Shown one piece after another: positions 1 through 13,042 of a stretch of 64,000 nucleotides of DNA (its first letter is position 1; every line of letters begins with the position of its first letter). The translations under genes and the position numbers were made by a program. Origin of the DNA: Octopus bimaculoides. Its lineage: Eukaryota. The notes below the pieces were generated by a model, which worked only from the letters and a program-made list of their open reading frames with translations, had not been told where the DNA came from and did no database searches. The DNA is taken from positions 20,220,357 to 20,284,356 of the forward strand of contig NC_068995.1 in the NCBI RefSeq assembly GCF_001194135.2, read 5' to 3'.

Positions 1-25
1 TATAGAGAGAGAGAGAGAGAGAGAG

Positions 26-61
<36 letters not shown>

Positions 62-504
62 TCTTTATCAGTATTCACACACAGATACACACACACACAC
101 AGACACCCACACGCATGCACTCATATGATTATTAAATCATGAAATTATTAAATTAAATCTTTTAATATATATGCAATGTGATATCCTATTTATATATGAA
201 TGTTAATGTCACGATATTACGATAGTAGTAGGGTTGAGTTATACATCTAAATTAGACAAGGAAAAACTTCCACCTGTATGTACAAATATTAAATTAAATA
301 TACGCATATGATACTAGACTTTGAGATGCCGTTGATTCACGCGTTGATATACAATCAGTATATGTATATATGTCAATTAATTATTTTGAGTTTACTGGGA
401 CTTCAAGATTTTGCCCTTGTTGGTTTGTATTCTCAAATCGAAATAATAAATTTTACGCTGTTAAAGGTATAGAACCACTCCATTAGGAAATGCTGTACTG
501 TTTT

Positions 505-540
505 GGCGCAGGCTTAGCTGTGTAGTAAGAAGCTTGCTTC
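505..540 (+). mobile_element. SINE family B, head-only fragment
   Basis: GCGCAGGCTTAGCTGTGTAGTAAGAAGCTTGCTTCCCA matches the heads of the B copies at 4374, 42955 and 44426; truncated at the 541-609 palindrome. Confidence 0.7.
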
Positions 541-609
541 CCACTAAGTGTATTCCTGGTATGCTAAAAATAGACGTCATTTTTAGCATACAAGGAATCC
601 ACTTAGTGG
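541..609. repeat. 69-bp near-perfect palindrome (possible MITE remnant)
   Basis: 31-bp arms CCACTAAGTGTATTCCTGGTATGCTAAAAAT and ATTTTTAGCATACAAGGAATCCACTTAGTGG with 2 mismatches; centre A+GACGTC. Confidence 0.9.
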
Positions 610-713
610 TCCCTCCTCTTATTTATACTTAAATTTACAGTCCTCGGACGTTTTTTTACATATTCTGACCATTTGTTCAAATTGATATTATCTAATAATA
701 TTAATTTCTACCC

Positions 714-772
<59 letters not shown>

Positions 773-1129
773 AGCTAACTCAAAAAATCATCACCAAAAT
801 AGCAGAAAAAAAAACGACAGTGAAGGTATGTAGACTCTTCAAAAATCGATCCTTTTCGTTATATTAATATATATATGTATATACTTACATAAACATACAC
901 ACATATGTATATATGTATACATAAATATACATACATGTATATCTATATGTATGTATGTATGTGTATGCATATCGATATACATACGCATATGCATCTCCTG
1001 TCCTAACTTTATTTACGCCACTACAACCTCGTTTAGGCTTAGCAACCCTTCCTGTTTGTTTTCACTGTCCTGTTTGTGTTACCAATTTTGACCCTCCGCA
1101 AAATCCCAAATTTAATTTGCTTTGCGGGG

Positions 1130-1345
1130 GCAACTGTTTTATCGAAAGCGTATATTGTTGTTAAATGATCGAAATACGAGACTAGAAAAGCAGCCAACAA
1201 CTGTTGAAGGGTCGTTCTTTATGTTGTTTGTTTTGTTTTTCATTTGTATCTTTCGTTGTTCGAAAGAATAGTTCATGTTCCATGTACTCGTGCTTCGTAC
1301 ATTTTGTTGTACTACACGTTTCGTGACGTCCTATGCCCCCATATA
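1130..1345 (+). mobile_element. Dispersed repeat family F (possible Penelope-like terminal repeat)
   Basis: Shares CTG(A/T)TGAAGG..TCTTTATGTTG..TCGTTGTTCGAAA..GACGTCCT..CCC motifs with 11297-11430 and 57815-57960. Confidence 0.55.
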
Positions 1346-1400
1346 CACACACTTATATACGTATAGATGTAAGTATGCACATATACGTATGTATATATGC

Positions 1401-1445
<45 letters not shown>

Positions 1446-3926
1446 NNNNNNNNNNNNNNNNNNNNNNNNNNNNNNNNNNNNNNNNNNNNNNNNNNNNNNN
1501 NNNNNNNNNNNNNNNNNNNNNNNNNNNNNNNNNNNNNNNNNNNNNNNNNNNNNNNNNNNNNNNNNNNNNNNNNNNNNNNNNNNNNNNNNNNNNNNNNNNN
1601 NNNNNNNNNNNNNNNNNNNNNNNNNNNNNNNNNNNNNNNNNNNNNNNNNNNNNNNNNNNNNNNNNNNNNNNNNNNNNNNNNNNNNNNNNNNNNNNNNNNN
1701 NNNNNNNNNNNNNNNNNNNNNNNNNNNNNNNNNNNNNNNNNNNNNNNNNNNNNNNNNNNNNNNNNNNNNNNNNNNNNNNNNNNNNNNNNNNNNNNNNNNN
1801 NNNNNNNNNNNNNNNNNNNNNNNNNNNNNNNNNNNNNNNNNNNNNNNNNNNNNNNNNNNNNNNNNNNNNNNNNNNNNNNTATATATATATAATTTATATT
1901 ATTGTATGATTGAACGCCACCCATCCACTTCCAACTATGTATAGATATGTATGTATGTGTGTGAGTATATATGTATGTATATATGTATGTGTGTATGTAT
2001 ATATGTAATGTATGTATGTATGTATGTAATGTATGTATGTATGTATGCATATATGTATGTATGTTAGGGCTTATAATATCAGATCCAAATTTCGATACCC
2101 CTTGTTATAAAAGCTTTCGTGCGTGCACTTGTATATTATCTATCGTTTCTGTGTGTATGTATGTATGTGTTAGTATACGTGTCTGTCTGTATGTGTTAGT
2201 ATATGTGGGTGTGTTCATGTGCATGCGCATGTTTATCACTGTGTGAGATGTCTCAGAATTACTCAATTTGTGCCCTTCTGTATATTTATGCAGTTATCTG
2301 TCTCCAAAAATCTTAGCTATTTTACGGGCACGCTACCTTCCTTCTGATAATTTTCATTAACGGAGAAGCATGTCTGGAGTTATCTCCCGTAGTTGTCCCA
2401 GAAATTGATAAGCAACGTAACACGTTGAATAATACTGTATTTTCATTATAATTTATTTATATTTATTCATTTATTTTTTTGTTTTTATCACAGCATATTC
2501 GATCTGTATTTTAGCTTTTGTAATATTCCAAGTCTTAAATATACTTACAACCGTGCGGGTGAAATTAGAGGCTATTTAACCAACTTTCAACAAGAGGAAA
2601 GAAGACCGGTTTCTTTCTTCCTCAACAGATTCCTAAATATTTACTTTATGGTGGTGACGTCCTTTTACAGTGAAAAATCTTGACCGGAGTTCATGACCTC
2701 ATTATTGACATTATCTGGCTCCACCACCAACAGTAGGGATTGTCTTAGTGTGTAATTTTAAATGCATAGTTTATTTTGTCATAAACATAACTACATTCAC
2801 ATATACACGATCACACACGCACAAACCTATACAAACATACACACATATACACATACAGACTCAAAGTTCAAATTTAGGAGCGCATGCCCGCACACAAAAC
2901 ACATAAGATGTCACATCACACACATAAGCATAAAACACACACACACATATATACACACACGGCCAATTGGCAGTGTCGGACTGAATCGGGTATTTATTGT
3001 TATTGTCTATGCTCTAAGTTCAAATCCTGTCGAAGTCACTTTGCCTTCTCTCCTTTAAGTGTCATTTAAAATGCCCCAAACAGAGGGTGTTCATCAGTGG
3101 GACTGTATGAACGTTGGGGCGGATGTCTTACAGCATATTTTCAAACACTTTGCATTCTGGTTTCAAATCGCACCATAATTGGGCTAGACTGTTGACTTAA
3201 CTCATTGAATGGTTTAACATTACCTTGAGCAGACATCACCCTGTTGCAAGCATTCGAGCTAGAATTTCGGTTTGAGGATACCTTCCTGCCATACACTTGA
3301 CTCGGAGGACCTCTAAAGGTCATAAGTATTGCCTTCCCTCCTGACAAAAGAATAATGCACACACACACATACGCATGCACATGCACATGATACATGCAAG
3401 TCCGCCCGCGCGCGCACACACACACGCACACACACAAAAATACACGGGAGTTAATAATGGAGCTTCGATGTAAAATCTGCTTGAAATAGTAGCTAAATTT
3501 CCCTCAATTCACAAGGTACTAACGAAGAAAATAGAACAACGTAATGATTAAAATATGGTCGTCTAACAAGAAGAAAGGGAAATCAAGGCTGAAATATTTC
3601 ACATCTCAAGTCTTTCGGATCAGGAGTCACCAACATAAAATGCGCGCACACACGCGCGCGCGCCTGTCCGCACACACATTTACCCAATCAAGGTTATATT
3701 ACAACAGAGTTTAATAGCCGGAACAAATACCGCAAGACATTTGTCTGACGCTCTAGCGATTCTATCATTCCTTCAACATAAATTGCAATGACATCTTTAT
3801 TCTACATCATTCTGAACATACCCGATATACATGAGAAGGATATGTAATAACCATCTCTTATATATCGAGGTATAAACACTGGTTATGATATATCTTTATC
3901 GCATATAATAGCTCTTATTTGCCATA

Positions 3927-4078
3927 GACGGCGAATAAGAATTGTTGAATCGTCGATTTGAATGCTTGGCAGCGTCTTTGCCTCGGCGTTTTACACTTTG
4001 AGCTCAAATCCTGCATAAGGCAACTTTGCTTTTCATCCTTCCGGAGATTGATAAACTAAGTATTAAGATCGATAATCG
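3927..4078 (+). mobile_element. SINE family A, decayed
   Basis: GAGCTCAAATCC B-box-like motif followed by CAACTTTGCTTTTCATCCTTCCGGAGATTGATAAACTAAGTA, similar to better A copies. Confidence 0.65.
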
Positions 4079-4373
4079 CTTCATCTTTTGCGGCTTGAAA
4101 AGGGTTCTAGGGGAATGCTCAATGTGTTCCTTTCCCTAGAAAAAACATGACAAGAAAACGACATCTTCTAACAGAGACGCTGATATGTTGCTGAATTAGT
4201 TCAAGGACAGAGTAATGTTTGTTATGTCTGAGTGCATAAATATACAGGGCCCAGGACTTAATGGACTAATATTAATGTATGTGTGCCGTGGTGGGGTTTG
4301 TGAGGTCATGGTACAAATGATGCTGTTTAGATGGTCCGGACTTATATGCAGTACACTACAGAAAAGATTTCAT

Positions 4374-4770
4374 GACGTGGCTATGTTGTAAGAAGCTTGC
4401 TTTCCACTCACATGATTCCAGGTTCAGTCCCACTGGGGCAATCTTTTCCTACTATAGCCTCGGATCGACCAAAGCCCTGGAAGTGGATATGGTAGACGGA
4501 AACTGAAAGAGGACCGTCTTATGTATGTATGTATGTGTGTGTATGTATATGTATGCGTGTGTATATATATGTATGTATGTATGTATGTATGGATGGATGG
4601 ATGGATGGATGGATAGATCTGTGTGTGTGTGTGTGTCTCCCCACCATCGCTTGACAACTGATGCCGGTGTGTTTATGTCACCGTAGCTTAGCGGTCGACA
4701 AAATTGATTGATAGAATAAGTACTAGGCTTGCAAAGAATAAGTCCTGGTCGAATATTCCAACTAAACACC
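4374..4770 (+). mobile_element. SINE family B with internal TATG/TGGA/TG microsatellite
   Basis: Head, GGTTCAGTCCC B-box, CTACTATAGCCTCGG..GGTAGACGGAAACTGAAAGA, SSR, then CATCGCTTGACAACTGATG..GATAGAATAAGTACTAGGCTT; collinear with 42955-43383. Confidence 0.9.
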
Positions 4771-4820
4771 TTATCATTCAGTCTGTTATAATGAATCCAT
4801 AAACACATATAAAACATCCA

Positions 4821-4998
4821 GAATGCTTAGCGGTATTTCGTTCATCTTCACGTTCAATGTGGAAATCTCGCCGAGGTCGACTTTACGTTGCATCTTTCGG
4901 GAGTTGATAAAAGAAGTACCAGTTGAACTCTGGGGGCGATGTAATCGGCTTATTCCCTCCGCCAAAATTGCTGGCTTTGTACCAAAACTTCAAATCAA
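4821..4998 (+). mobile_element. SINE family A (tail type A1)
   Basis: ATGCTTAGCGGTATTTCG..GCCGAGGTCGACTTT..GATAAAAGAAGTACCAG..GGCTTTGTACCAAAACTTCAAATC. Confidence 0.85.
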
Positions 4999-6050
4999 TG
5001 TGTGTGTGTGTGTGTGTACAATTGTACATGCATGCATGCGACATACATAAACATTTTTGTACAATTTTGTTCAATTACTCATTTTGTTTTCTCGTAGTTT
5101 TGCTTGCACCACATCTATTTCAAATTAATGTTATTCCTCTGAAAGACAGGAAAAAAAATACCCGTTGAAAATAAAGATATATAAAATGAAAAAGAAAAGA
5201 TATAAAAGACAAAGATTAAAAATCTTTAATGGATAAAGATATATAATTTTTTTATTAAGTTCAGATATTCGCTTTAATTAGGATTTTAGAATGGAACTCA
5301 AGAAGTTTTTTTTCTTGTCGATGAGTAAGAAATACCTTATTTTTTTTAACATTTAACGTGTCAGAGAAGAAGGGAATATCACTTGAGATGTTTTAATGTC
5401 AGCTGTGAACAAATATTCTTTTGGCCCTTNNNNNNNNNNNNNNNNNNNNNNNNNNNNNNNNNNNNNNNNNNNNNNNNNNNNNNNNNNNNNNNNNNNNNNN
5501 NNNNNNNNNNNNNNNNNNNNNNNNNNNNNNNNNNNNNNNNNNNNNNNNNNNNNNNNNNNNNNNNNNNNNNNNNNNNNNNNNNNNNNNNNNNNNNNNNNNN
5601 NNNNNNNNNNNNNNNNNNNNNNNNNNNNNNNNNNNNNNNNNNNNNNNNNNNNNNNNNNNNNNNNNNNNNNNNNNNNNNNNNNNNNNNNNNNNNNNNNNNN
5701 NNNNNNNNNNNNNNNNNNNNNNNNNNNNNNNNNNNNNNNNNNNNNNNNNNNNNNNNNNNNNNNNNNNNNNNNNNNNNNNNNNNNNNNNNNNNNNNNNNNN
5801 NNNNNNNNNNNNNNNNNNNNNNNNNNNNNNNNNNNNNNNNNNNNNNNNNNNNNNNNNNNNNNNNNNNNNNNNNNNNNNNNNNNNNNNNNNNNNNNNNNNN
5901 NNNNNNNNNNNNNNNNNNNNNNNNNNNNNNNNNNNNNNNNNNNNNNNNNNNNNNNNNNNNNNNNNNNNNNNNTATATATGAATTAAAGCAATGCTATTAC
6001 TAAGTCGTAGTAATCCTTATCATTATTATCATTATTATTATTATTATTAT

Positions 6051-6472
6051 ATGTTTGACTTTTGCTTTGTATTTGTACAAGCTGACTCCAAGCCTCACCC
6101 TGAGACCTCAAGGGACAACAAGTTAGAAGTTCATGTTGGTGTTATGTCTAGGGTGTCATATATTTGGTTTTGTACAAAGTATTGTTCTAGAGAATGTTTA
6201 AGAAAACATAAGAAAATTATGAGATTACATAGACAGTATTTTACGTAGGATTTGGGCAGTTCGGATGAACACTATCTTCTGAATGTCTGCCATTTTGGGG
6301 TTTCCTGCTATCTGAGCTAGATAGGAATCCACCCCTTTTGCTATCATTCTAAGGGCACGTATGACAACAAGTATTGTTTTAGTCTTCAGGTTCCACATTT
6401 TGCCAATTTCAATTTCAAGATTTTTATACTTGCTTATGCTATGGTAGGTCTTGACAGATACATTTATATACC
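6051..6472 (-). mobile_element. 5'-truncated RLE-type non-LTR retrotransposon (R4/Dong-like) embedded in (TAA)n
   Basis: Minus strand translates SKYKNLEIEIGKMWNLKTKTILVVIRALRMIAKGVDSYLAQIAGNPKMADIQKIVFIRTAQILRKILSM*, the typical RLE C-terminus; 3'UTR follows; TAA repeats on both sides. Confidence 0.8.
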
Positions 6473-6483
6473 TATTATTATTA

Positions 6484-6571
<88 letters not shown>

Positions 6572-6589
6572 GTATGTGTCAATAGATAA

Positions 6590-6655
<66 letters not shown>
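6473..6655. repeat. Compound microsatellite (TTA)n(TTG)n(GATA)n
   Basis: Direct reading. Confidence 0.95.
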
Positions 6656-6658
<3 letters not shown>

Positions 6659-6741
6659 GTGTACATATATATTTATATGTATATATGTGTGTGTATGCAT
6701 ATATAAAATATGTTGAGTGGATGCGTGTGTATGTGTATATG

Positions 6742-6793
<52 letters not shown>

Positions 6794-7467
6794 CAGACAG
6801 AGAATTCCACTCATATATATATATAACGTGTCATTTTCTTTTTCAAAATTTGACGGAAATATGGCTGCTATTTCTAAGAAATTGGCAGGCTTCTTACTGT
6901 AGGGTATAAAATAGTATACTAGAAGTAAGATATAATAGCAAGGGCTTATTGAATATCAAATATAAAAAGCAAAGGGTTTCTAAGTCACTAATCTACGACT
7001 TCAAAATGGTGGCCTTTGTATTAAATGATATACAGTTTTTTCAAGAAGAAATGACGTTGGACAAATTAAGTGCCTATGCAGAATCACTCTCGTGGGTCTC
7101 AGTAGAAGCGCCCTCGTTTATCGGGGGGAAAAAATCTAATTAAATCGAAAGTGCAACCCTGTTGCTTCTTTGTCTTATCTTTCGTTTGTGTAAGGATGAT
7201 ATTCCCTGTGGGAATTGAACGTAGAACATTGAAACATTGAACTAAATACACCACAAGCAAAACAGTAAAACCAACGATGCTTTCGGGAAACCAACATCGC
7301 TTATTGTGTCTTCGTAACGCTCTTTATGTATACGTGCGAATCTTTATTTCTCTACGTATGTGGACGTTTCTGTTAAGAGTGATGTATGCATGCATGTGGA
7401 CGCGAATATACTTTTACGAGTATGTGTGTGTATGTAACAAATTTCTCCGTGAATGTTTGTATGCGCT

Positions 7468-7520
<53 letters not shown>

Positions 7521-7529
7521 GTATGTGTG

Positions 7530-7562
<33 letters not shown>

Positions 7563-7563
7563 T

Positions 7564-7596
<33 letters not shown>

Positions 7597-7948
7597 TGAT
7601 ATCTACATGTTCTGAATTCTGATGAGCGTCCTGATGCAGATGACAATTACGTTTGATAAATTACCTATATGTTGCAAACGTAGTTTATCACATTGACATA
7701 CATGTATGCATATACATATACATACATACATATGTGTGTGTATACAAATATATATATAAATATATGTGTATATATATCTACACACATGCACACCAACACA
7801 CACACACACACATGTTAGCATATTCACGCACACAAAACAGAGGGAATGTGTGTGTATTTCTTTGTGCGTGTTAGTATGTACGAAAGCGTACATTGACAGA
7901 AAGAGAGAGAGAGAGAGACAGACAAACAGACTGAAAACAGAAAGGAAG

Positions 7949-7997
<49 letters not shown>

Positions 7998-8570
7998 AGA
8001 AGGAGAATGTAAAATTATCTCGTACAATTCGTATATTTCAACGCAAATCACAAAATGTAATTCATTCGCTTCTGGTTTATTAGTGTCAAAAAACCTGCAC
8101 GAGTTCAAATGACAGAAACAGTACACCAACAGGAAATAGCAGAAATTATTTTTTTAATTAAAAAAGTAATAAGCAAACAAAATAGTTTTTCGTGCAAACA
8201 AACAAAGAAAAAACAAAATATGGAAACCAAAAAACTCTAAAGAACTAACTTGCAAACTATTTCCAGTTAATGTATAGTTAATTAGTACAATTAGAATATC
8301 AAAACATTTGTTTGTGATAGTTGTATTAACAGACTAAGGCGAAGGAATGGTTCCTGATGGAAATGGTTTTGGCATCGTCTTTCGACAAACAACGTTTTTC
8401 TTTTCTTTTTCACTTTCTTTATTTTTCTTTTTTGTGGTGATGCGTGATAATTCTTGCCAACTTCGCAGTCGTAAAAAGTCAACAATGCAAAGTATTTTGA
8501 TCCTAGTGAACAAGAAACAGTAATAACCACTTATTCCGGTTTGTATTTGTGTATATGTATAAAATGTGTT

Positions 8571-8602
<32 letters not shown>

Positions 8603-9245
8603 TGTATGTATATATATATACACACATAAGCACAGTGAATGTATTAGGTTGACGCTCAATTTAAGATGGAAAAAACAGTGAGTCAGAAAGAGGAAAGATG
8701 AAAGATCCGAGGGAGGTAAATATAGTCCAAGGAAAGCACGTGTGTGGTTACATGTATGTATGTATGTATGTATGTATGTATGTAGGTATATCCATCTATC
8801 TATCTAGCTATCTAATTATTAGGATTGCTATCCTAATAACCGAGAGTAGATTTCAATATACATATGCTTCAGAACGAAGCATTAGTCGAGTACAGAGCGG
8901 AAATAAGAAAATGAGATGACAAAGGAATAAATGTTTATGTTATGTGTGTGTGTACACGAAATGTACGACCAAAAATAAAATAAAGGCAAAGTGTAAACGG
9001 AATGTAATTACAGGGTTAATGGTCTATACAAGATTAAAGAAAAGTAGCTTTCACGTTCTAAAATTAAGCTTTTCTTTACAAATAAAAAATAAACTGAAGT
9101 AACGAAAGATCTTCGTGCTTTTCTGTGTCAAATATTGTTGCGAAAGGCAGAGTTTGGAAGACCAAAATATCCTCGAAGAAATGAGGTTTCATTTGCATAT
9201 GTGCAACAAGGGAGATAATTTTGTGCATGTATACTATATTGTATG

Positions 9246-9279
<34 letters not shown>

Positions 9280-9292
9280 TGTATCTATCTAT

Positions 9293-9324
<32 letters not shown>

Positions 9325-10156
9325 NNNNNNNNNNNNNNNNNNNNNNNNNNNNNNNNNNNNNNNNNNNNNNNNNNNNNNNNNNNNNNNNNNNNNNNNNNNN
9401 NNNNNNNNNNNNNNNNNNNNNNNNNNNNNNNNNNNNNNNNNNNNNNNNNNNNNNNNNNNNNNNNNNNNNNNNNNNNNNNNNNNNNNNNNNNNNNNNNNNN
9501 NNNNNNNNNNNNNNNNNNNNNNNNNNNNNNNNNNNNNNNNNNNNNNNNNNNNNNNNNNNNNNNNNNNNNNNNNNNNNNNNNNNNNNNNNNNNNNNNNNNN
9601 NNNNNNNNNNNNNNNNNNNNNNNNNNNNNNNNNNNNNNNNNNNNNNNNNNNNNNNNNNNNNNNNNNNNNNNNNNNNNNNNNNNNNNNNNNNNNNNNNNNN
9701 NNNNNNNNNNNNNNNNNNNNNNNNNNNNNNNNNNNNNNNNNNNNNNNNNNNNNNNNNNNNNNNNNNNNNNNNNNNNNNNNNNNNNNNNNNNNNNNNNNNN
9801 NNNNNNNNNNNNNNNNNNNNNNNNNNNNNNNNNNNNNNNNNNNNNNNNNNNNNNNNNNNNNNNNNNNNNNNAAGTTAGATGTCACTACTGTTCATATTAT
9901 CTGTGGATAAATTCAAAATTTGATGATATCACCAGTAGTAGCATTGGTGGAACGCAGTTATGATAGCTTTAAGGAGCTATGAAATGTCGTAATGATGCTT
10001 AATGAGCATCTACCTGCTAGAAATAAGAGCCAAGTCTTAAATAATCCACCGTAGCGCACCAATATAACAGAGAAAAACAGTATGCGAGGAAAACAGACCG
10101 AATTAAAACATTTAACAACACAAATAAAAATATTATGCAGTTATCTGGCCATCGAA

Positions 10157-10235
10157 GAATGCTATGAAAATGACCGTTAAGCAAAGGGAAATTTCTGTAA
10201 TTTCCCTTTGTTCAACGGTCATTTTCAGAGCATTC
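10157..10235. repeat. 79-bp near-perfect palindrome (likely non-autonomous DNA element)
   Basis: 37-bp arms GAATGCTATGAAAATGACCGTTAAGCAAAGGGAAATT and AATTTCCCTTTGTTCAACGGTCATTTTCAGAGCATTC, 3 mismatches, 5-nt spacer. Confidence 0.9.
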
Positions 10236-10290
10236 GGAGTTTTATCATGGCTACCAAATAATTGTCACATATACCAAATAATTGTCACAG

Positions 10291-10327
<37 letters not shown>

Positions 10328-11296
10328 GAATATTTAACAAAAATGCAGCAGACGACAATAAAACACCCGGACAGATAGACGATACAGAGATGGACAGGAA
10401 AAAACAAAAAAAAAAACGGCGAAAATGTTACACACATACAAATACAAACAACAAGAAAATAACAACAGGTATCTTTCGAGTGATAGAGATGAATAAAACA
10501 GAGCTGGCATGAATGGAGCGAAAGCCTTATATAATATATATATTCATATGTACGAATGTTTACCCACACATACATACATACAAACATACATACATACATA
10601 CATACATACAGACAGACAGACAGACAGACAGACATTCATATATATATATATATANNNNNNNNNNNNNNNNNNNNNNNNNNNNNNNNNNNNNNNNNNNNNN
10701 NNNNNNNNNNNNNNNNNNNNNNNNNNNNNNNNNNNNNNNNNNNNNNNNNNNNNNNNNNNNNNNNNNNNNNNNNNNNNNNNNNNNNNNNNNNNNNNNNNNN
10801 NNNNNNNNNNNNNNNNNNNNNNNNNNNNNNNNNNNNNNNNNNNNNNNNNNNNNNNNNNNNNNNNNNNNNNNNNNNNNNNNNNNNNNNNNNNNNNNNNNNN
10901 NNNNNNNNNNNNNNNNNNNNNNNNNNNNNNNNNNNNNNNNNNNNNNNNNNNNNNNNNNNNNNNNNNNNNNNNNNNNNNNNNNNNNNNNNNNNNNNNNNNN
11001 NNNNNNNNNNNNNNNNNNNNNNNNNNNNNNNNNNNNNNNNNNNNNNNNNNNNNNNNNNNNNNNNNNNNNNNNNNNNNNNNNNNNNNNNNNNNNNNNNNNN
11101 NNNNNNNNNNNNNNNNNNNNNNNNNNNNNNNNNNNNNNNNNNNNNNNNNNNNNNNNNNNNNNNNNNNNNNNNNNNNNNNNNNNNNNNNNNNNNNNNNNNN
11201 NNNNNNNNNNNNNNNNNNNNNNNNNNNNNNNNNNNNNNNNNNNNNNNNNNNNNNNNNNNNNNNNNNNNNNNNNNNNNNNNNNNNNNNNNNNNNNNA

Positions 11297-11430
11297 TATA
11301 TATGGGGTATACTCTTTATGTTGCAGGTCTCGTTTCTCTGTTTTCCTCGTTGTTCGAAAAATGTTCGTTTTCTATGTTTTCGTTTCTCATTGTGCTTAAC
11401 GTATTTTTTTTTTGATGTCCTGTACCCATA
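11297..11430 (+). mobile_element. Dispersed repeat family F, 5' part lost in the gap
   Basis: CTCTTTATGTTG..TCGTTGTTCGAAA..GATGTCCTGTACCCATATA, similar to 1200-1345. Confidence 0.55.
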
Positions 11431-11529
11431 TATGCATGTATGTATACATAAAGATGTAGGTATGTACATATATGTATGGATATATGCATATATTTATATA
11501 TTATTTATATTATATATATGCATACATTC

Positions 11530-11800
11530 ATGCTTCAAGTTTTGCAGTGATCATAAAGCCAGTTTCACTCCTTTATTGTTAGGAAGGGATCTAGAAAATA
11601 TCGAACGAAATGTTATTGAAAATCAAAACGCTATTGCTTAAAAGTAAATAAGGAAGACAAATAGGGAAACTGGTAAATAGTAATTAAAAAGAAGTTTAAA
11701 CTCCATTACAATCGTGTTTTCCATATAACATGGTTAAGTGAAATATTCTAATCTAACAAAATTCACTCAAAATTCTTTGGTTACACAAAGCTATGGAAAA
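11530..11800 (+). mobile_element. Highly decayed RLE non-LTR C-terminal fragment (second lineage)
   Basis: LQVL(fs)DHKASFTPLLLG..IERNVIEN resembles NLQLLYPDYKFTFI of the 13900 copy; follows a TATA/CATA tract. Confidence 0.35.
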
Positions 11801-11962
11801 TACGTAAACTCAAGTGGTTACGCAGTGGTTCCCTCACATGGTGTGAAATTCACCTCTGAGCCAAACTGGTTATTCCTTTATGTACAATCAATGCACTAAA
11901 TGGAATAATATATTTATCTATAAGAAGATAGATAGATAGATAGAGAGATAGATAGACAGATG

Positions 11963-12034
<72 letters not shown>

Positions 12035-12745
12035 CAAAGAGATAGAGGGGGATGGGGAGAGAAACAAATTGATAGAGTTATATATATACAGATATAATGG
12101 TCAAGCACGTTCAGTATTTCCCCCAACAAAATGTTGGGTCAAGCATATGTATATATTTGAGAGAGGTGGGGGACAAACACACACACAGACAGGCTGACAC
12201 ATAGGTGAAAGAGAAATTGATTAATAGATAGATAGACAAAAATACAATAAAAATACTCAAATATATGCATATATATACAGACATATAAACCATACATACA
12301 AACTTAGAAGCATAAAGGACAGACATTATTAAAAGTTTAATGAGACAACTAATTCAACTGGTCGCTTTTCCTGTCCAGTCATTTGTTGTAAGTGCGTTCC
12401 TACTTGTCACAGCACAGATAAATTATATATGTATCAAAATATATGTCTTCCTTTTAAAATCACTTCCAAACACTCCATAGCGTACTATTAATTAATTGGA
12501 GGGAGTTGTTTGTAAAGATTGTATATAGCTATACATATTCTGATAAAAGTCTAACAGAAAAAGAAGGAAAATTAAGGAAATTGTTTACCATATATTTCAG
12601 TGCAGGGTGTTTATGTATGTATGTATGTAATTATGTATGTATGTATGTATGTATGTATGTATGTATGTATGTATGTATGTATGCATATACGTGCGCGTGC
12701 GCGTACACACATACACATATACATATACATACATAAACACGCACG

Positions 12746-12776
<31 letters not shown>

Positions 12777-12784
12777 GTTATATT

Positions 12785-12972
12785 ATTCCTTTCTTCCTTT
12801 ATTTGTTTGTCATTTAACGGCGGCCACACTGGAGCACCGTATGGACCTAATCTTTGTAAGCCTAGTACTAATTCTATGGGTCTCTTTTGCCAAACCGCTA
12901 AGTTACGGGGGACTTAAACACACCAACATCGGTTGTCGAACGATGGTGGGTGACAGACACACAAACACACAC
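12785..12972 (-). mobile_element. SINE family B, 3' half
   Basis: Reverse complement of CATCGTTCGACAACCGATGTTGGTGTGTTT..AACTTAGCGGTTTGGCAAAAGAGACC..GTACTAGGCTTACAAAGA. Confidence 0.85.
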
Positions 12973-13042
12973 AATTGATAAACATCCTCAGAACGATTAT
13001 ATGGAAAAAGAAGGCAAAGATAAAATAGAAGGTAAAAAACGG

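Noticed and set aside
7600-7660. CTGATGAGCG hammerhead-like start
   Set aside because: No downstream GAAA or stem II/III
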